NCBI GenBank assembly: GCA_964187785.1
Contig: OZ076415.1
Location: 52,886,001 to 52,950,000 of the forward strand
Origin: Amphiscolops sp. MND2022
Lineage: Eukaryota
Direction of reading: 5' to 3'
Length of the DNA: 64,000 nt
A program made the position numbers and the translations under genes. This document shows positions 12,540 through 24,570 of this stretch, piece after piece. Under the pieces are notes generated by a model. It was given only the letters and a program-made list of their open reading frames with translations, ran no database searches and was not told the origin of the DNA. Within the stretch, counting starts at the first letter, position 1. Each line of letters starts with the position of its first letter.

Positions 12540-14480
12540 AAACAACGAAACCTGTAACGCTCTAGAATGTCCGAAGCCCTCGGAGCTAGCCGAATTCAAA
12601 TGTTGTACATTGCTGTTGGACAAGATTGCAGATTTCACGGTCGACAACTACGCGGACCTAAAGCATTACAAATGCAGATAGAAATTTGCCTCCTCCGGAC
12701 CCCACAGACCTCGATTGTTTCTCAACCACGGAGGTCTTCGTCCACAAGGCCCTCATGTCCTTCCCAATGACTCTTGTGCAGGTTTGAATGGCATTTCGCA
12801 CCAAGTTTTGAAAGATTTGACTGCCAAGTTGAACGCGCAAACTGGACTGAATTTCCTCAGAGCCCTAAAAACAACTTGTGAATGTGATTCTTGAAGGACA
12901 ATTTCGACTCAACAGCTCTAAAAAAACCCAATGGGGGACTTTGACCTATCGCTGAAGGCAATACTTTTCGTCGCTTGTCCCTAAATTGTGCCGAATACCA
13001 TGTCTATGAATCAGGTAAATCTACGGAATTCGACGATAATGTGGGCACTGAATTGGCGTCACATGATTGCCGTTGTCTGAGAGAAAACTCCCAGCCCAAA
13101 GAGAAGATAATATTGAAAATTGACTTTGAAAACGCTTTCGCTTCGATGAAACGACAGTCCATGCTCGAGATTACTTTTCAATTACACTTGAAGTTTATGT
13201 TATCACACTCGGCGTACAAACAAGCAAGTTTTGTTTTCACGATGACTCAAGAATCAAATTTTGTGAAGGGACCCAGCAAGGAGATGCTAAGTCTCTAGCT
13301 TTTATTTCGGATTCCTATTCATAATCTGATTGACAGTTTGGTGTCGAAAATAAACTTATGGTACCTCGACGATGGAAATTTTGGTGATGAATATAGAACC
13401 GTTCTCAAAAGATCTCATGAAAATTGTTGAGGCGGCAAAAATGCTGGGTCCCAAAATCAAACCCAGGAAATGTGAAGTTTTTCTTTGGTGACCTCACTGA
13501 AAAAAAGGCGATCGACAAATTTATCATTTTTCAAAAAAATCTACCCAGGGATCAAACTCCAATATCTTGTGCCTGAAACTGCAGGCAGATTTATTAGAAA
13601 AGAAAATTATTGAGCCATAAAACCTAATTATTGGAATTGTTGTAGAAGTGGATGCTCATTATGGTTTTTCTAATTGAAAATTGCTTCAGTCTTCCGAAAT
13701 TGCTGTACTTCTTGAAAACCAGTACATTATTCACTCATCCAGCTCTCTTCGGAAAGTTTGACGAAACCGTACGCGACGGGCTTTCCAAGGTGTGTAACGT
13801 TTACTTCGACAATATTTCTAGTACTCAGCTGGCTCTGCTTGCTGAAATGTGTGCTCTGGGGGTTTCATCTCATCAATATTAGCACTTCCCGCCTTTTTGG
13901 CCTCAGCTTGTGAAGCGAGTGACTTTCTCACGACCGTTTTCTCGGAAACCTTCGCACATGTCTTGTTCATTAAAGCGCTTGAGAAATGGCTGAGTTCGAC
14001 GAAATAACAGGGAAGTCCTCTTGATGGAACCCAGAAAAAATGGACCCAACCTGTCTACGCCAAAACCGCTCAATATTTGATTTCTAGAATGGATGACAAT
14101 GTTCGGAAGTTTTAATTGCTCATGAAGTTGAATTCGGGTCTCAGTGGCTTAACGATGATCCTTGTAAGAACATAGGCCTGACACTTGATGATCAGCAGCT
14201 CCGGATGTCGATTGGTTTACGTCTCGAAACCAACATCTTTTCTGCGAATACGTGCCACTGTGGTGAAAGAATTGAACGGGAAGGTCTCCACGGTATGTCT
14301 TGCACCAAGAGTGTTGTTCGCTTCTCGTTTCATGCTACTCTCAATTCTCTCATAAACGAGCCGCGTGGACTGTAACGAACTGACGGCAAACGCACAGATG
14401 GTTTCACCATGTTTCTTTGGGGAATGGGTAATCAGCTTGTGTGTCATGTCACAGTTGTGTATGCTTGGAACTGTGCGCGA
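12540..14480 (+). mobile_element. CRE-clade non-LTR retrotransposon remnant (RT plus RLE endonuclease), 5'-truncated and heavily mutated
   Basis: KIDFENAF, WYLDDGNFG, CHCG..GLHGMSC, GKRTDG and LVCHVTV motifs in broken frames; colinear with the copy at 30.5-35.4 kb. Confidence 0.8.
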
Positions 14481-14519
14481 CAGTAACGAGCAAAGCTGCA
14501 GGACTTGATGGGATTCCAT

Positions 14520-15990
14520 TTATTATATTCAATAAATCTGCCAAGAGTCTCAGTTAATCACTGCGCTAAATCTTTGGAAAAATCAAGCAAACAGTAGTTT
14601 ATCCCACGGTGTGGAAGCAAGCGACTGTGATACCTAAATTAAAAAATGGATCAAAGTCTGACGTAGAAAACTACAGGCAGGTCTCCTTACTATGCCTTGT
14701 GTCCAAAATATTCGAACATATCTTTTTCAACGTCCTATGCGAATATCTGCAGCCTATCTTCAGTTCCTTTCAATTTGGTTGCCGAAAAGAACGATCATGC
14801 ATTATTCAGATGGTCATTTATATGGAACTCCTTTACAATGCCTACGAATCCGGTGAACATATCAACGTCATTTACACAGATTATAAGAAAGCATTCGACA
14901 AAGTGGACCACAGGTTACGGTTACGAAAACTACGCAAAATTGGTATCAGAGGCCAATTTTTGAAACTAATCCAATCGTTTTTGAATGTAAAATAGTAGCT
15001 AGTTCGCTTTTTTTAAATCCATACCAATGACCTTCCCGACTTATGTAAATCAGTTTTTCCACTTTTGTGCGCAGATAATGCTTAATTCGTTGCTATAAAC
15101 AAACTCAATTTTGCGGTACAAATCGACATATATCTCAGGTCAAAAAGTGGAGTGGATTTCATGGTCTTCCATTGAATACTAGAAAATGTCACGACCTGTC
15201 CCTTTCTATCAAGAAACACCGAATATTGGTTCGCAAACTCACTTATTCTGAAAAAAAAACTAACAGAGAGACCTTGGAATTCTAGTCAGTAAAGACCTGA
15301 CAAAGGACCATCATTTTGAAATAGCATGTAACAAAGCGCTTGGGGTGTTTCTCATGTTGGAAAGAAGTTCGCAGAAATTGTCTTTCGCCATCAAATACAA
15401 CTTGTATAAGTCTATTGTGGTGCCAACTCTGATTTATGGTAGTGGTTGCTGATTCAACAATGTTACGAATACCAAATCTCTGGAAAATGTACAAAAACGC
15501 TGTACCAAATGGATCAGTAGTGATTGGAAGAGTAATTACAAGCAGTTGCTACTGAAATGTTGAATATTACCATTATTTCTCTACCTACAGCTACAAGATA
15601 TACTTTTTCTGACAAAATGTTTGAATGGTGGATTTGATTACAATTTTGACCAATATCTTTGTTTCAGAGATCATCCTCGCCCATTAAGATCCGATAATTG
15701 CATAAAATATGAACACAGAAAAGACGTTCGACAATCTGCAAATAAAACTTCTCCACCCGGACGATATCTCTAATCAATCGACTACCTAAAAACTTGAATT
15801 TTGAAGATCCCCAAGGTCTGAAAGAACGACTTTTGAAATGACTCTGGTCGCATTTTGAGAACAACTATAATGAACTTGTCGGTGACACTTGGAAATTATA
15901 GCGGTATCCACAGAATCTTTTGATTTAGGGAGTTTTTCCTGTTCCTGCCGTCTAACAGCGGATGGACGAATCCACAAAGCTACTACTTTT
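14520..15990 (+). mobile_element. CR1/L2-type LINE fragment (RT domain to 3' UTR)
   Basis: WKQATVIPKLKNG..NYRQVSLL..SKIFE, QFGCRKERSC, YTDYKKAFDKVDH; downstream YKSIVVPTLIYG and LENVQKRCTKWI. Confidence 0.85.
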
Positions 15991-16604
15991 GGAAAAACAC
16001 CAGGCGGGTACAATTTTTGCATCAGTCAAAACACTTGTCTGCGTTTTGAAATTGGAACACCATCTCACACAGAGTATCAAGTTTTGTGCGGATGTAGTTC
16101 ATAGTGTCAGCCTGTGACTCATCGCATTTTCGCTGATTTTTCAACTAGTCGTTGCCGAACTAAATATGTGAAATCAATTTGTTAGCCAAAGATAGCGCCT
16201 CCGATCCACGAGAGGACTAGCGGTACGAAACAACATCAATCAACATTCATCCAGTATTCGTGAATTTTGTTTCAACTGTTGAAGATTTTCGTGATATTTG
16301 TACGGATCGTTGAGCTTTTTAGAGGTTTTGGCTAATGAATTGAAAAATTTGGCAAGAAAAACATCTTGGATCACGGAATTCATCTGCTTTTACGTCTGAT
16401 CAAGATTCGTTTTCAGCATGGAAATGTTGAAAATCTGGTCTTTTAACTGCTGAGAAGTCTATTTGATTTCAAGGACGGATCAAGTTAAAACAGGTGTTTT
16501 TGGGTGAACTGGTTTAGGAAATGAAACAATTTTGTGTACGTTGGGTTCGCATCTGATCAAAATTGGATCATCTTCATCAATTAGCGTATTTTAAAAAACG
16601 CTTC

Positions 16605-18097
16605 TGTCGCATTTAATAATCTGAATAAGTTTCTAAATGATTCCCCAAAAAAGTGGAAAGACTTAATGACTTCGTTTGCGGACCACGAGCTGTGCAATTT
16701 GAAACAACATCAATTGAAAGACTTTTGAAGAAGTGTGTTTTTGTGTTTTGTTTATTTATAAAACTTCAAAGCGACCCTCATCTTAGAAAAACCTGGACCG
16801 TTTTCCCCCTACTTCTCCTTTGAGAACCTGGCTGTCTTATTGCACGCCTCACTCCTTGAGGGTAATATTGCGCCCCCAGGCGTTGAACATGCTCATCCTC
16901 AGCCTCCTCGACCTTCAGTGAAGTGGTCATCCCGTCAATACACAGTGTGCGGTCAAGAAGGAGAACAAGACCACATCACCGGGCTCCTGCATGCAGTACA
17001 CTATGTGTTCCCGGAACTACAGCAAGTCATCCCGGAGCGTACTAGGCAGGGAACGAAGCCTTTCCAACGGAGGCACGATCTTTTCCTGCAGAGGGTCTTC
17101 ATCTCGCATGTGCGATGGGTGAAGAACCACAAGTTCGTCCCCCTTTCCAGCTGGCTGACAACGCTTCCTACCGGGTTGGAGTCTATGTGCCAACCACTCC
17201 ATGCCCAACCACCACTTGCAAGGAGTGAGACGTGCTCAATGGAGTTCCCACTAATATCTTGGACAATCTGTACATATTGCTCGTCTAACGGGTCTGCGTA
17301 GAGGGCCTCATATCGCCAGCGAGCTCCTGGAAGACCATCGAAAGCAGCGTTCTTCGTCCGTGTACCCTTGATGATTGCCAGAAGCTGCTTCTCACTACGG
17401 AAACAAACAGCAACACACTTCGCTGCTCCGAAACACAGCACAGGATTGCCACGTATAATAATGGGATGTTCCGTTTCCTCAAGAAATCCGTTATGACCCC
17501 TCCCTCGCCCGAGTCAAAGGAAGCCTCCCTGACTCTAGGTCCATTGTCAGGCTTAATAGAGCCTCAAGCTCGTTCATCCTTAAAATAGCACAACTTTACT
17601 TTTTCTTCATGTATATTTGTGGTTTAAATTATGATTTACAAAATTTAGTTGAAAACGAATTTTTCAGTTCATACAAGTTCACTGTGGCAACGCGTTGAAT
17701 GCTATCTTTGTTTGATTGACCTTTCCCAATCCCATTCTCATTGCTCTTGCCCCAATACATGTTTTACGTTGCGTATTTGTTGTCTAGACCGAATTGGACA
17801 ATGTGTCTTGTCTTGCCAATGCATACAACAGATTTGTTAGCCAGTACGCGTGCAGTTACATAGTTCCAAATTACATAAACTTGTAATTTTTATGTCGATT
17901 GACTGGTATATGAATTCTAAACATTGTGCTTCATTGTCAAAAATCCCACCACAGGATGAGAGCTGTCAACCGCATTGCACTGCAAACACACGCAAAAGCA
18001 ATAACCTTTTAGTTTGTTAAAGCTATTAAGGCTTCCACTCCGTTTTGTTCGAGTCTCTTCAGCAAAAAATCAAAGACGTTTTTATAGATAGTGATCA
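16605..18097 (+). repeat. Inferred long (~1.5 kb) 5' LTR of BEL-1
   Basis: Begins TGTCGCATTTA like the post-PPT copy at 23734; ~250 bp clearly homologous; ends ...TGATCA just before a TGG primer-binding-like site; the right boundary is inferred. Confidence 0.6.
16775..17577 (-). pseudogene. JmjC-domain (cupin-fold Fe(II)/2-oxoglutarate dioxygenase) ORF, intronless, about 3 frameshifts and a stop
   Basis: ATG at 17577; HPIIIRG; SGWHIDSNPVGSVVSQLERGTNLWFF (HxD at ~17181-17190, GxKxW-like); after a frameshift IVYCMQEPGDVVLFSFLTAHCVLT (distal His at ~16945). Confidence 0.8.
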
Positions 18098-18099
18098 AG

Positions 18100-18117
18100 T
18101 GGTTCGCCATTCCAGAA
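18100..18117 (+). promoter_or_regulatory. Putative primer-binding site of BEL-1
   Basis: tggttcgccattccagaa, 2 nt after ...CA and ~110 nt before the gag ATG; loosely tRNA-Glu-like, cognate tRNA uncertain. Confidence 0.45.
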
Positions 18118-18210
18118 CCGAGGGCGAGTCAACTTCATAAGTTACAAGCAAGGCATTCTCGCAACCAATAGAGGGACTTCGACGCGAACATTTGGTCCGC
18201 CGACCCGGAT

Positions 18211-21200
18211 ATGGCTGAAGCAGATCCAAACAACTGGGAGGAAGATGTTCGCAAATTTGTGCGTGTGAGGGCAGGACACAAGGCGGCCTTCACAAAGTAC
18301 GAGAACAGCGTTGATGACCTCGTAGCAGATCACGCAGTTACTAGTGAGAAGCTGTGTGAAGCAGAAGCGCTACTATCTACATTGCAGAACAAGTACAAAA
18401 CAATCTTTTTTCGATGGGACGCAGAGATCGAGCTGAAAATTGAGGACGATGCCAAGTTGTCAAAAGAACAGGAGGTATCCTCAGACTACGAGGCAAGGAT
18501 GAACATTGCAATTGCCAGTCTCTGTGCCCTAATCGACAATATCAAGACCCAGTTGAAAACGGGGCTCAAGGCAGCCGCATCAACCTCTTCAAGTCCGTCG
18601 ACTGCAGGACGCATGCGTTTACCAAAGCTCCAAGTGCCATTCTTCACCGGCGCCTACACGGATTGAGTATCCTTCGGTTACTTTTTTAGGCAGCAGTGGG
18701 TTCAAGCAGTTTTTTATCGGATTCTGAGAGACTAAACTACCTAAAGGCCTGCAAGATGCGATGCAGTGAAAATTGACAGCTCTCTTAGAATCACGGATGC
18801 CAACTACCCCATTGCGTGGCAGCTATTGGAGAACGGATACGGCAACACACGCAGTGTAGTGCACGCCATCTACAAGCTATTTGGTCCCAGTCTTCCATGA
18901 AGATAATGTTTGGTTCTGGCCTCAGGAAACTTTACGAAAACTTCAATGAGCATTTTAGGGCACTAGAAGTTTTTGGTCAACCAGTAAACCAATGGAGTGC
19001 TGTATTGGTTTTCTGCATCGCTGACTAGCTCGATGCAGAGCCAAGGAAGCAATAGCAACTCAAACATCCTGTTAAAAATGTCCTTGCCTGGAATGATTTA
19101 TCCAAATTCCTTGATGAACGAAGCAGGACATTAGAGAGCGGTGCAATCAAAATGATTACCCAAGCCAACAAGATGAGCGATCAAGGTGAGTTGCGGCATC
19201 AGTCTTACACAGCCTCAATGACGTGTAGTGAAAGATGTGACGTTAAACATAAACTTCATGCTTGCCCAGAATTCAAGAAGATGTCAGTTTCCCAGAAGTA
19301 CGCCTTAGTGACGAAGAAGCGTGCCTGTTTCAATTGTTTGCAGACTGGGCACAGTGTGAGCGAATATGGTTCTAAATTCAACTGTAGGGAGTGCAAAGCC
19401 AAACACCACACACTATTTCACCGGGCGAAGCCTTTGACAACATCGCTCGAGGGGTCTAACAAACCAACGACGAGGGTGTCAACTTCTGGCAATACAACAA
19501 TTGCAAGTTGAGCAGGTCAGCAAGCCGATGCGTCCGTTTTGACTGGGCATTGCGGGTCTGCATCTCCAAACGCTGATGCTCTACTTTCAACGGCAATGGT
19601 ACCCATCTATAATAAAGCAGGTGAAAAAATACATCTAAGAGTCTTGTTAGAATCCGGTCTGCGGTTAGTTTCATTACTGAGGCAAAAACGAAGGCACTAA
19701 TGATGAAAGTGCAAACAAGACGGGAACTTCTAAAGTCGGCGCTTAATCTAAGGCTCAAAAAGCGCAAAAATTTTTTCGAATATTGAATATTTTTCTTTCA
19801 GAAGTGCCACAAAATGTAAAAAGGGGGCCCTTTGGGCTTTATCAACATATATTCTGTTGCAAAGTATCAAAAAACTCGAAAGGGGGACTCTTTTGATACA
19901 TTAAAAATTTTTTGAAAAAAAGTCGCACAATGCCGAAAACAAAATTGAAAGGGGGGACCCTTTAGTCTCGTCCGGTTTTGTAGGCTACGGTAAAACAGTA
20001 AATAATGAAAGGGGGACCCTTTTGCACTAATTTCCGCTGACCGGACTTGGCCTTATCCTAATAGTTTTAGTAGCTTCGATTGTAAGAAAAGTGGCCCAAT
20101 CAGAGTGAGATTGTAGTCTGACGAAAAAGAAGAAAAAAACTAGCCACTGTAAGTGTCGGTCACTTTTCACTAGAAAAGCGCCGACTAAAAAGACCGTCAA
20201 CTATCATAGCCCTGGGTGTTTCCAGCTCACAAAGGACGTACGGCGTGTTACCTGCTTCCATCGCAGGGTTGATAGACGTTAACTTTCACGTGATTCCGAA
20301 GATTACTGGGTCCCTACTTAACGCAAATGTAGATGTCTCCCAGATGAGTCACGTAGATCATCTGAATCTGGCGGATCCCATTTTCAGCGTGCCTGGGAAG
20401 ATCGACACGCTTCTGGCAGCCGACATCATTGCGGATCTAATGCTGAACAATCGAATCAGGGACAACGGTCTCATACTTCGAGAGTCCCTCCTGAGCTGGA
20501 CTGATTCGGGTCCAATACTGTAGAGAATAGTGGCAATAAATGTGGTGTCACACAAGTTACTATCAAGATTCTTGGAACTCGAGAGTGTACCAAAAAAGAA
20601 GCATCGCATCATAGAAGAGGCTCATTGCGAAGAACATTTCGTTGCAACAACCACAAGAGAATCAACAGGAACGTTCAATGTGAGATTACCGTTCAAGGCA
20701 GACAGTCATTCGCTGGGCCAGAGTCGTGCCTCTGCAATGAGACGATTCATCAATCTTGAAAACAAGCTGAAACGTGAAAACTTGCTGAAAGACAGGTATT
20801 CAGAATTTATCAATGAATTTCTGAAATGGGGTAATCTAGAGAAGGTGCATGATGGCAAGTTGGACAATGCAAACCACTACTACATGCCTCACCACTGTGT
20901 AAATAAGGATTCTAGTACAACTACGAATTTGCGGGAGGTCTTTGATGCAACTGCCAAGACAATAACAGGCTTCTCGCTAAATGACTGGTTAATGGTGGGC
21001 CCGAAGCAGCAAGACGAAAAATTCAGCATATTGATACGGTTCCGATTCTTCAAGGTTGCATTGTCGGCAGACGTTGCTAAAATTCCGTCAGATTGGTCTA
21101 GACCCCAGAGACAGGGACATCATGCGACTGCTCTGGCGCTTCAGTGAAATTGAGCCTGTACAGACGTTTCGCCTGACACGTGTGATTTATGGGGTAGCAA

Positions 21201-23600
21201 GTTCTTCTTATCACTCAATCAGGTGCTTGAGGGAAGCAGCCCAGCTTGAGGGTGTACCGAAGGCTGCCAAAGAAGCAATCTTACGTGACTTTTATGTAGA
21301 CGACATCCTGACAGGGGCTAGAAGTATTGAGGCAGCTAAGCAGCTTCTCAAAGACTTGACGCAAACTCTTGAACGAGTTCAATTTGATCTTAGAAAGTAG
21401 ATCAGCAATGTCCTCCCTCTTGTTTTAGCACTTCCCGCAGAGTATAGGGAAGCAAACGAAAACCTGAAGTTTCTTGAGCCAACTCATATAAAAAACATTG
21501 GGTTTCACTTGGAACCCTTTTGATGATTTGTTCTCGTTTGAGGTAGCTCACATCTCTGATGACATCAATGACGAAGGAATGACAAGAAGACAAATGCTTA
21601 GTGACATCGCCAAAGTTTTTCATCCTTTGGGCTGGTTGTCTCCGGTGATAATTCTACCGAAGAGCATGATGCAAAAAGCCCGGCAAACAAATGTCGATTG
21701 GGATCAGAAACTGCCAACCAAGAATGTTGTGAGTTATCGGACCTGGCGGAAGAATCTACACAGTTTGAAAGAGATCAAGTTGCAACCCTTTGTTTTGATC
21801 GAAGAACAGCAAGACCCTTTCGCGTTACATGTCTTCTGTGATACCTCAGAGAAGGCATATGAAGCCTGTGTATACGTGGTCTCAACCAATAGTCGAGGTG
21901 AGAGAAGTTCTAATCTGCTTGTGGTAAAATGCAAAGCCTCTCCACTGAAAACACAATCTATTCTTCGCTTGGGATTGTGTGCTGTGCTTCTCGGATCCCG
22001 TGTAGTGTCATTGGTCATTCAGGCACTTGGGAGAATTTCTGTCAATATACATGCAACAACGGGCTGGAGCGATTTCACAATTGTTCTCTGTTGGCTTTCT
22101 CAAGAACCAAGAAACTGGACAACGTTTGTCGCCAACAGAGTTGCCGAAATACAGCGCAATGACCAAGTTCATTGGCAACACGAACCCACAGAGGACAATC
22201 CAGCTCATGCAGCGTCTCGTGGTGTTGAGCCAAGTGCACTGAATAGCCGGGAAGTTTGGTGGAAGGGACCAACTTGGTCACGCAATGGAGTGCAACCGTC
22301 ACAACCGAAACAAAACTTCACTGATGAAGCAAAAAGTACCCTTTTTTAGTTCAATTTTTTTAACGGTGCACCCATTTCCGCCTTTTTGTTGGCGGACGTC
22401 TTCCTCACGCCAATTTACCAGACGAGGCTAAGTATCAGCGATTAGTTGCGAAGGAAGCAGACTCGTTACGCTTGTCATTAAAAAACCTCATCTGGATACA
22501 CTACACGGCTGCCCTATTCAAGTGATGGCTCAGATCAGATCAAACTACTGGATACCCAACATCCGTAGTGTAGTGAGACAAGAACTTCAGCAGTGCGTGA
22601 AATGCAGCAGGTTCACAGCCAAGTCGAGTGAACATGGGTGACCTTCCCAAAGAACGCGTTGACGTCCAACCAAAGCCTTCGGAAACGTGGGGATAGACTT
22701 CGCAGGAACTTTTCTATGCAAACCAAGCAGCAAGGCCAGAAGTCAGGACAAAGCCTACATGGCTTTGTTTGTTTGTTTGCCAGTAGGGCTGTCCACGTTG
22801 AGTGTGTATCCGATATGACCACTTTAGTGTGTATGGCAGCAAAACAACGTTTTTTTATCTCGAAGAGGTTGATCCAGTCAAGTATTCTCTGACAACGAAA
22901 CTAACCCTGTTGGCGCCGCCAATGAGATCCAGCAATTGCAAGAGGTTCTATCTAGCAAGCATGACAACTCGCAGCAATCCCTAGCTAATGCTATCGGTAT
23001 CCGATGGAACTTCATACCCCAAGGGCTCCTCATTTCGGAGGTTTATGGGAAGCGGCAGTGAAAAGTGCTGAAAACATTTGCGCAGAACGATGGGCAACAG
23101 TGTCTTGACATTTGAGGAGTTGATTACTCTTTTTTGTAGGATTGGAGCAGTGCTAAACTCGCGCCCAATCAGTGTAATGTCAGATGATCTCAATGAAGTC
23201 GAACCACTTACAACTGCACATCTTTCAATTGGACAGGGAACAGTAGTGTTACCTTCTTTTTCACTGAACCAAGCCCACAACGTGGACAACTGTAATCCCT
23301 CGAAAAGCTAATTATACATTCAAAACATTCTGTTGCATTTCTGGAACCGACGGACAAAATAATACGTACCACATTACAAGAGAGAAGCAAATGAAGACAA
23401 GAAACAAGCAATTTGAGAGTGGGCGACATAGTTTTCATCATCGATGACGATTCAGCACCTCTACAAAGGCCAATTGGTCGCATCCATTATGTCTACTGTG
23501 GTCCCGACAGTGCAGTCAGAGTATTCAATGTGAAAACTTCAACTTCAATATACAATCGTCCTGATCACTAGCTGAAAAACTACCTATTGATACATAAACT
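18211..23600 (+). pseudogene. BEL-1 gag-pol polyprotein (many stops and frameshifts; interrupted at 19715-20190)
   Basis: ORFs 18211-18666, 19152-19511, 20245-20523, 20530-21147, 21056-21400, 21498-22349, 23078-23311 give Pao-type gag, PR, RT, RH, IN in order. Confidence 0.9.
19715..20190 (-). mobile_element. Helentron-like HINE family A inserted in BEL-1 protease region
   Basis: Sub-TIRs agtcggcgc/gcgccgact; removal restores the frame ALMMKVQ-RPSTIIALGVSSSQRTYGVLPAS; insertion between A|A (T|T) with no TSD. Confidence 0.85.
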
Positions 23601-23720
23601 CGTCAATCGTTAGTGAAACACCCTGTACATAGTTGTTTATCAATGCTCATTTTCTTTGAACTCTTCTGATGCTATATTTGTACGTCACGTGACTTTTTGT
23701 TGATTATGCCACGCAAAATC

Positions 23721-23984
23721 AAGGCGGGCGGTATGTCGCATTTATTAATCTGAATAAATTCCGAAAAGATTCCCCAAAAAAAGTGGAGAGATTTTTCGAA
23801 TTTTTTGCAGACCACGAGCTGTGCAATTTGAAACAACCTCAAGTGAATTACTTTTGAACAAGTGCGTTTTTGTATTTTGTATATTTATGAAACTTCAAAG
23901 CGACCCTCACCTTAGAAAAACCTGGACCGTCTTTTCCCCCTACTTCTCCCTCGTAAAACTGGCTGTCTTATTGCACGCCCCACT
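23721..23984 (+). repeat. BEL-1 polypurine tract (23721-23733) and truncated 3' LTR (23734-23984)
   Basis: aaggcgggcggta then TGTCGCATTTA...; homology to 16605-16853 stops where hAT sequence starts. Confidence 0.8.
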
Positions 23985-23989
23985 TATCC

Positions 23990-24570
23990 TACATTATCCT
24001 ACAGTTTCCTAAGATGGATCCAAACATGAAATACATCCACAAAAACGCCCAAATTGTGAAAAGTCACCATTTTGAGAATGGCTTGGTCAAAATAATTGAT
24101 GGGACAGAAGCTGCCCTGACTGTATCTGAGAGAATTGTGTGCAACAAATTGCGGAAAAGGGACTGTATCCGGGATGTGCCGGAAGCAGATAACACTGATT
24201 TTGCGACTGGAGTGTTGGCGAAGCCTAAGAAAGTTGACATGAGCAATGACCAATTTGTTGATTGTCGGTTTCTTGCACCAACATCCATTTTTCTCGAGCG
24301 TTTTTTTAGTGAAGCAGGGTACGCTCTGACAAAATATCGGGAGAATTTGTCACCTCTGCATTTTAAGGAGCAATTGTTTTTGTATGCTATTTCTTAATTG
24401 TGGTCAGTTGATACTGTAAAGGGGATAACTCAAAAGCAGTGATTTGTTCTGAATTTACATTTGTTGCAAATAGTTGCCAATCAATTGGGAGACATTCGCA
24501 ATTAAAATCAACTAAATTGTTTTCGTTTTCTCAGAAAGTTATAATTGCAATTATTAATTTCCAGTCCCTG
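23990..24570 (+). mobile_element. hAT-superfamily DNA transposon 3' fragment (C-terminal dimerisation region and right TIR)
   Basis: LAPTSIFLERFFSEAGYALT..RENLSP..F..QLFL motif (ORF 24014-24397); right end reads CAGGGACTGGAAAT on the minus strand at 24570. Confidence 0.75.

Larger units (their letters stand above)
16605..23984 (+). mobile_element. BEL/Pao LTR retrotransposon (BEL-1), degenerate, 3' LTR truncated
   Basis: gag with triple Cys/His knuckles (C..C...H..C, CFNCLQTGH, CRECKAKHHTLFH), protease, RT (YYMPHHCV, FYVDDILTGA), RNase H (HVFCDTSEKAY, DNPAHAASRG), integrase; PPT plus LTR at 23721-23984 matching 16605-16853. Confidence 0.9.

Noticed and set aside
16100-16440. Continuation of the CRE-1 RLE domain after the LINE insertion
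   Set aside because: Only a vague resemblance to the QR.S...Q.GN motif; too degraded to call.
16840-17301. 153-aa plus-strand ORF in the BEL-1 LTR
   Set aside because: It is the antisense shadow of the JmjC ORF and has no motifs of its own.
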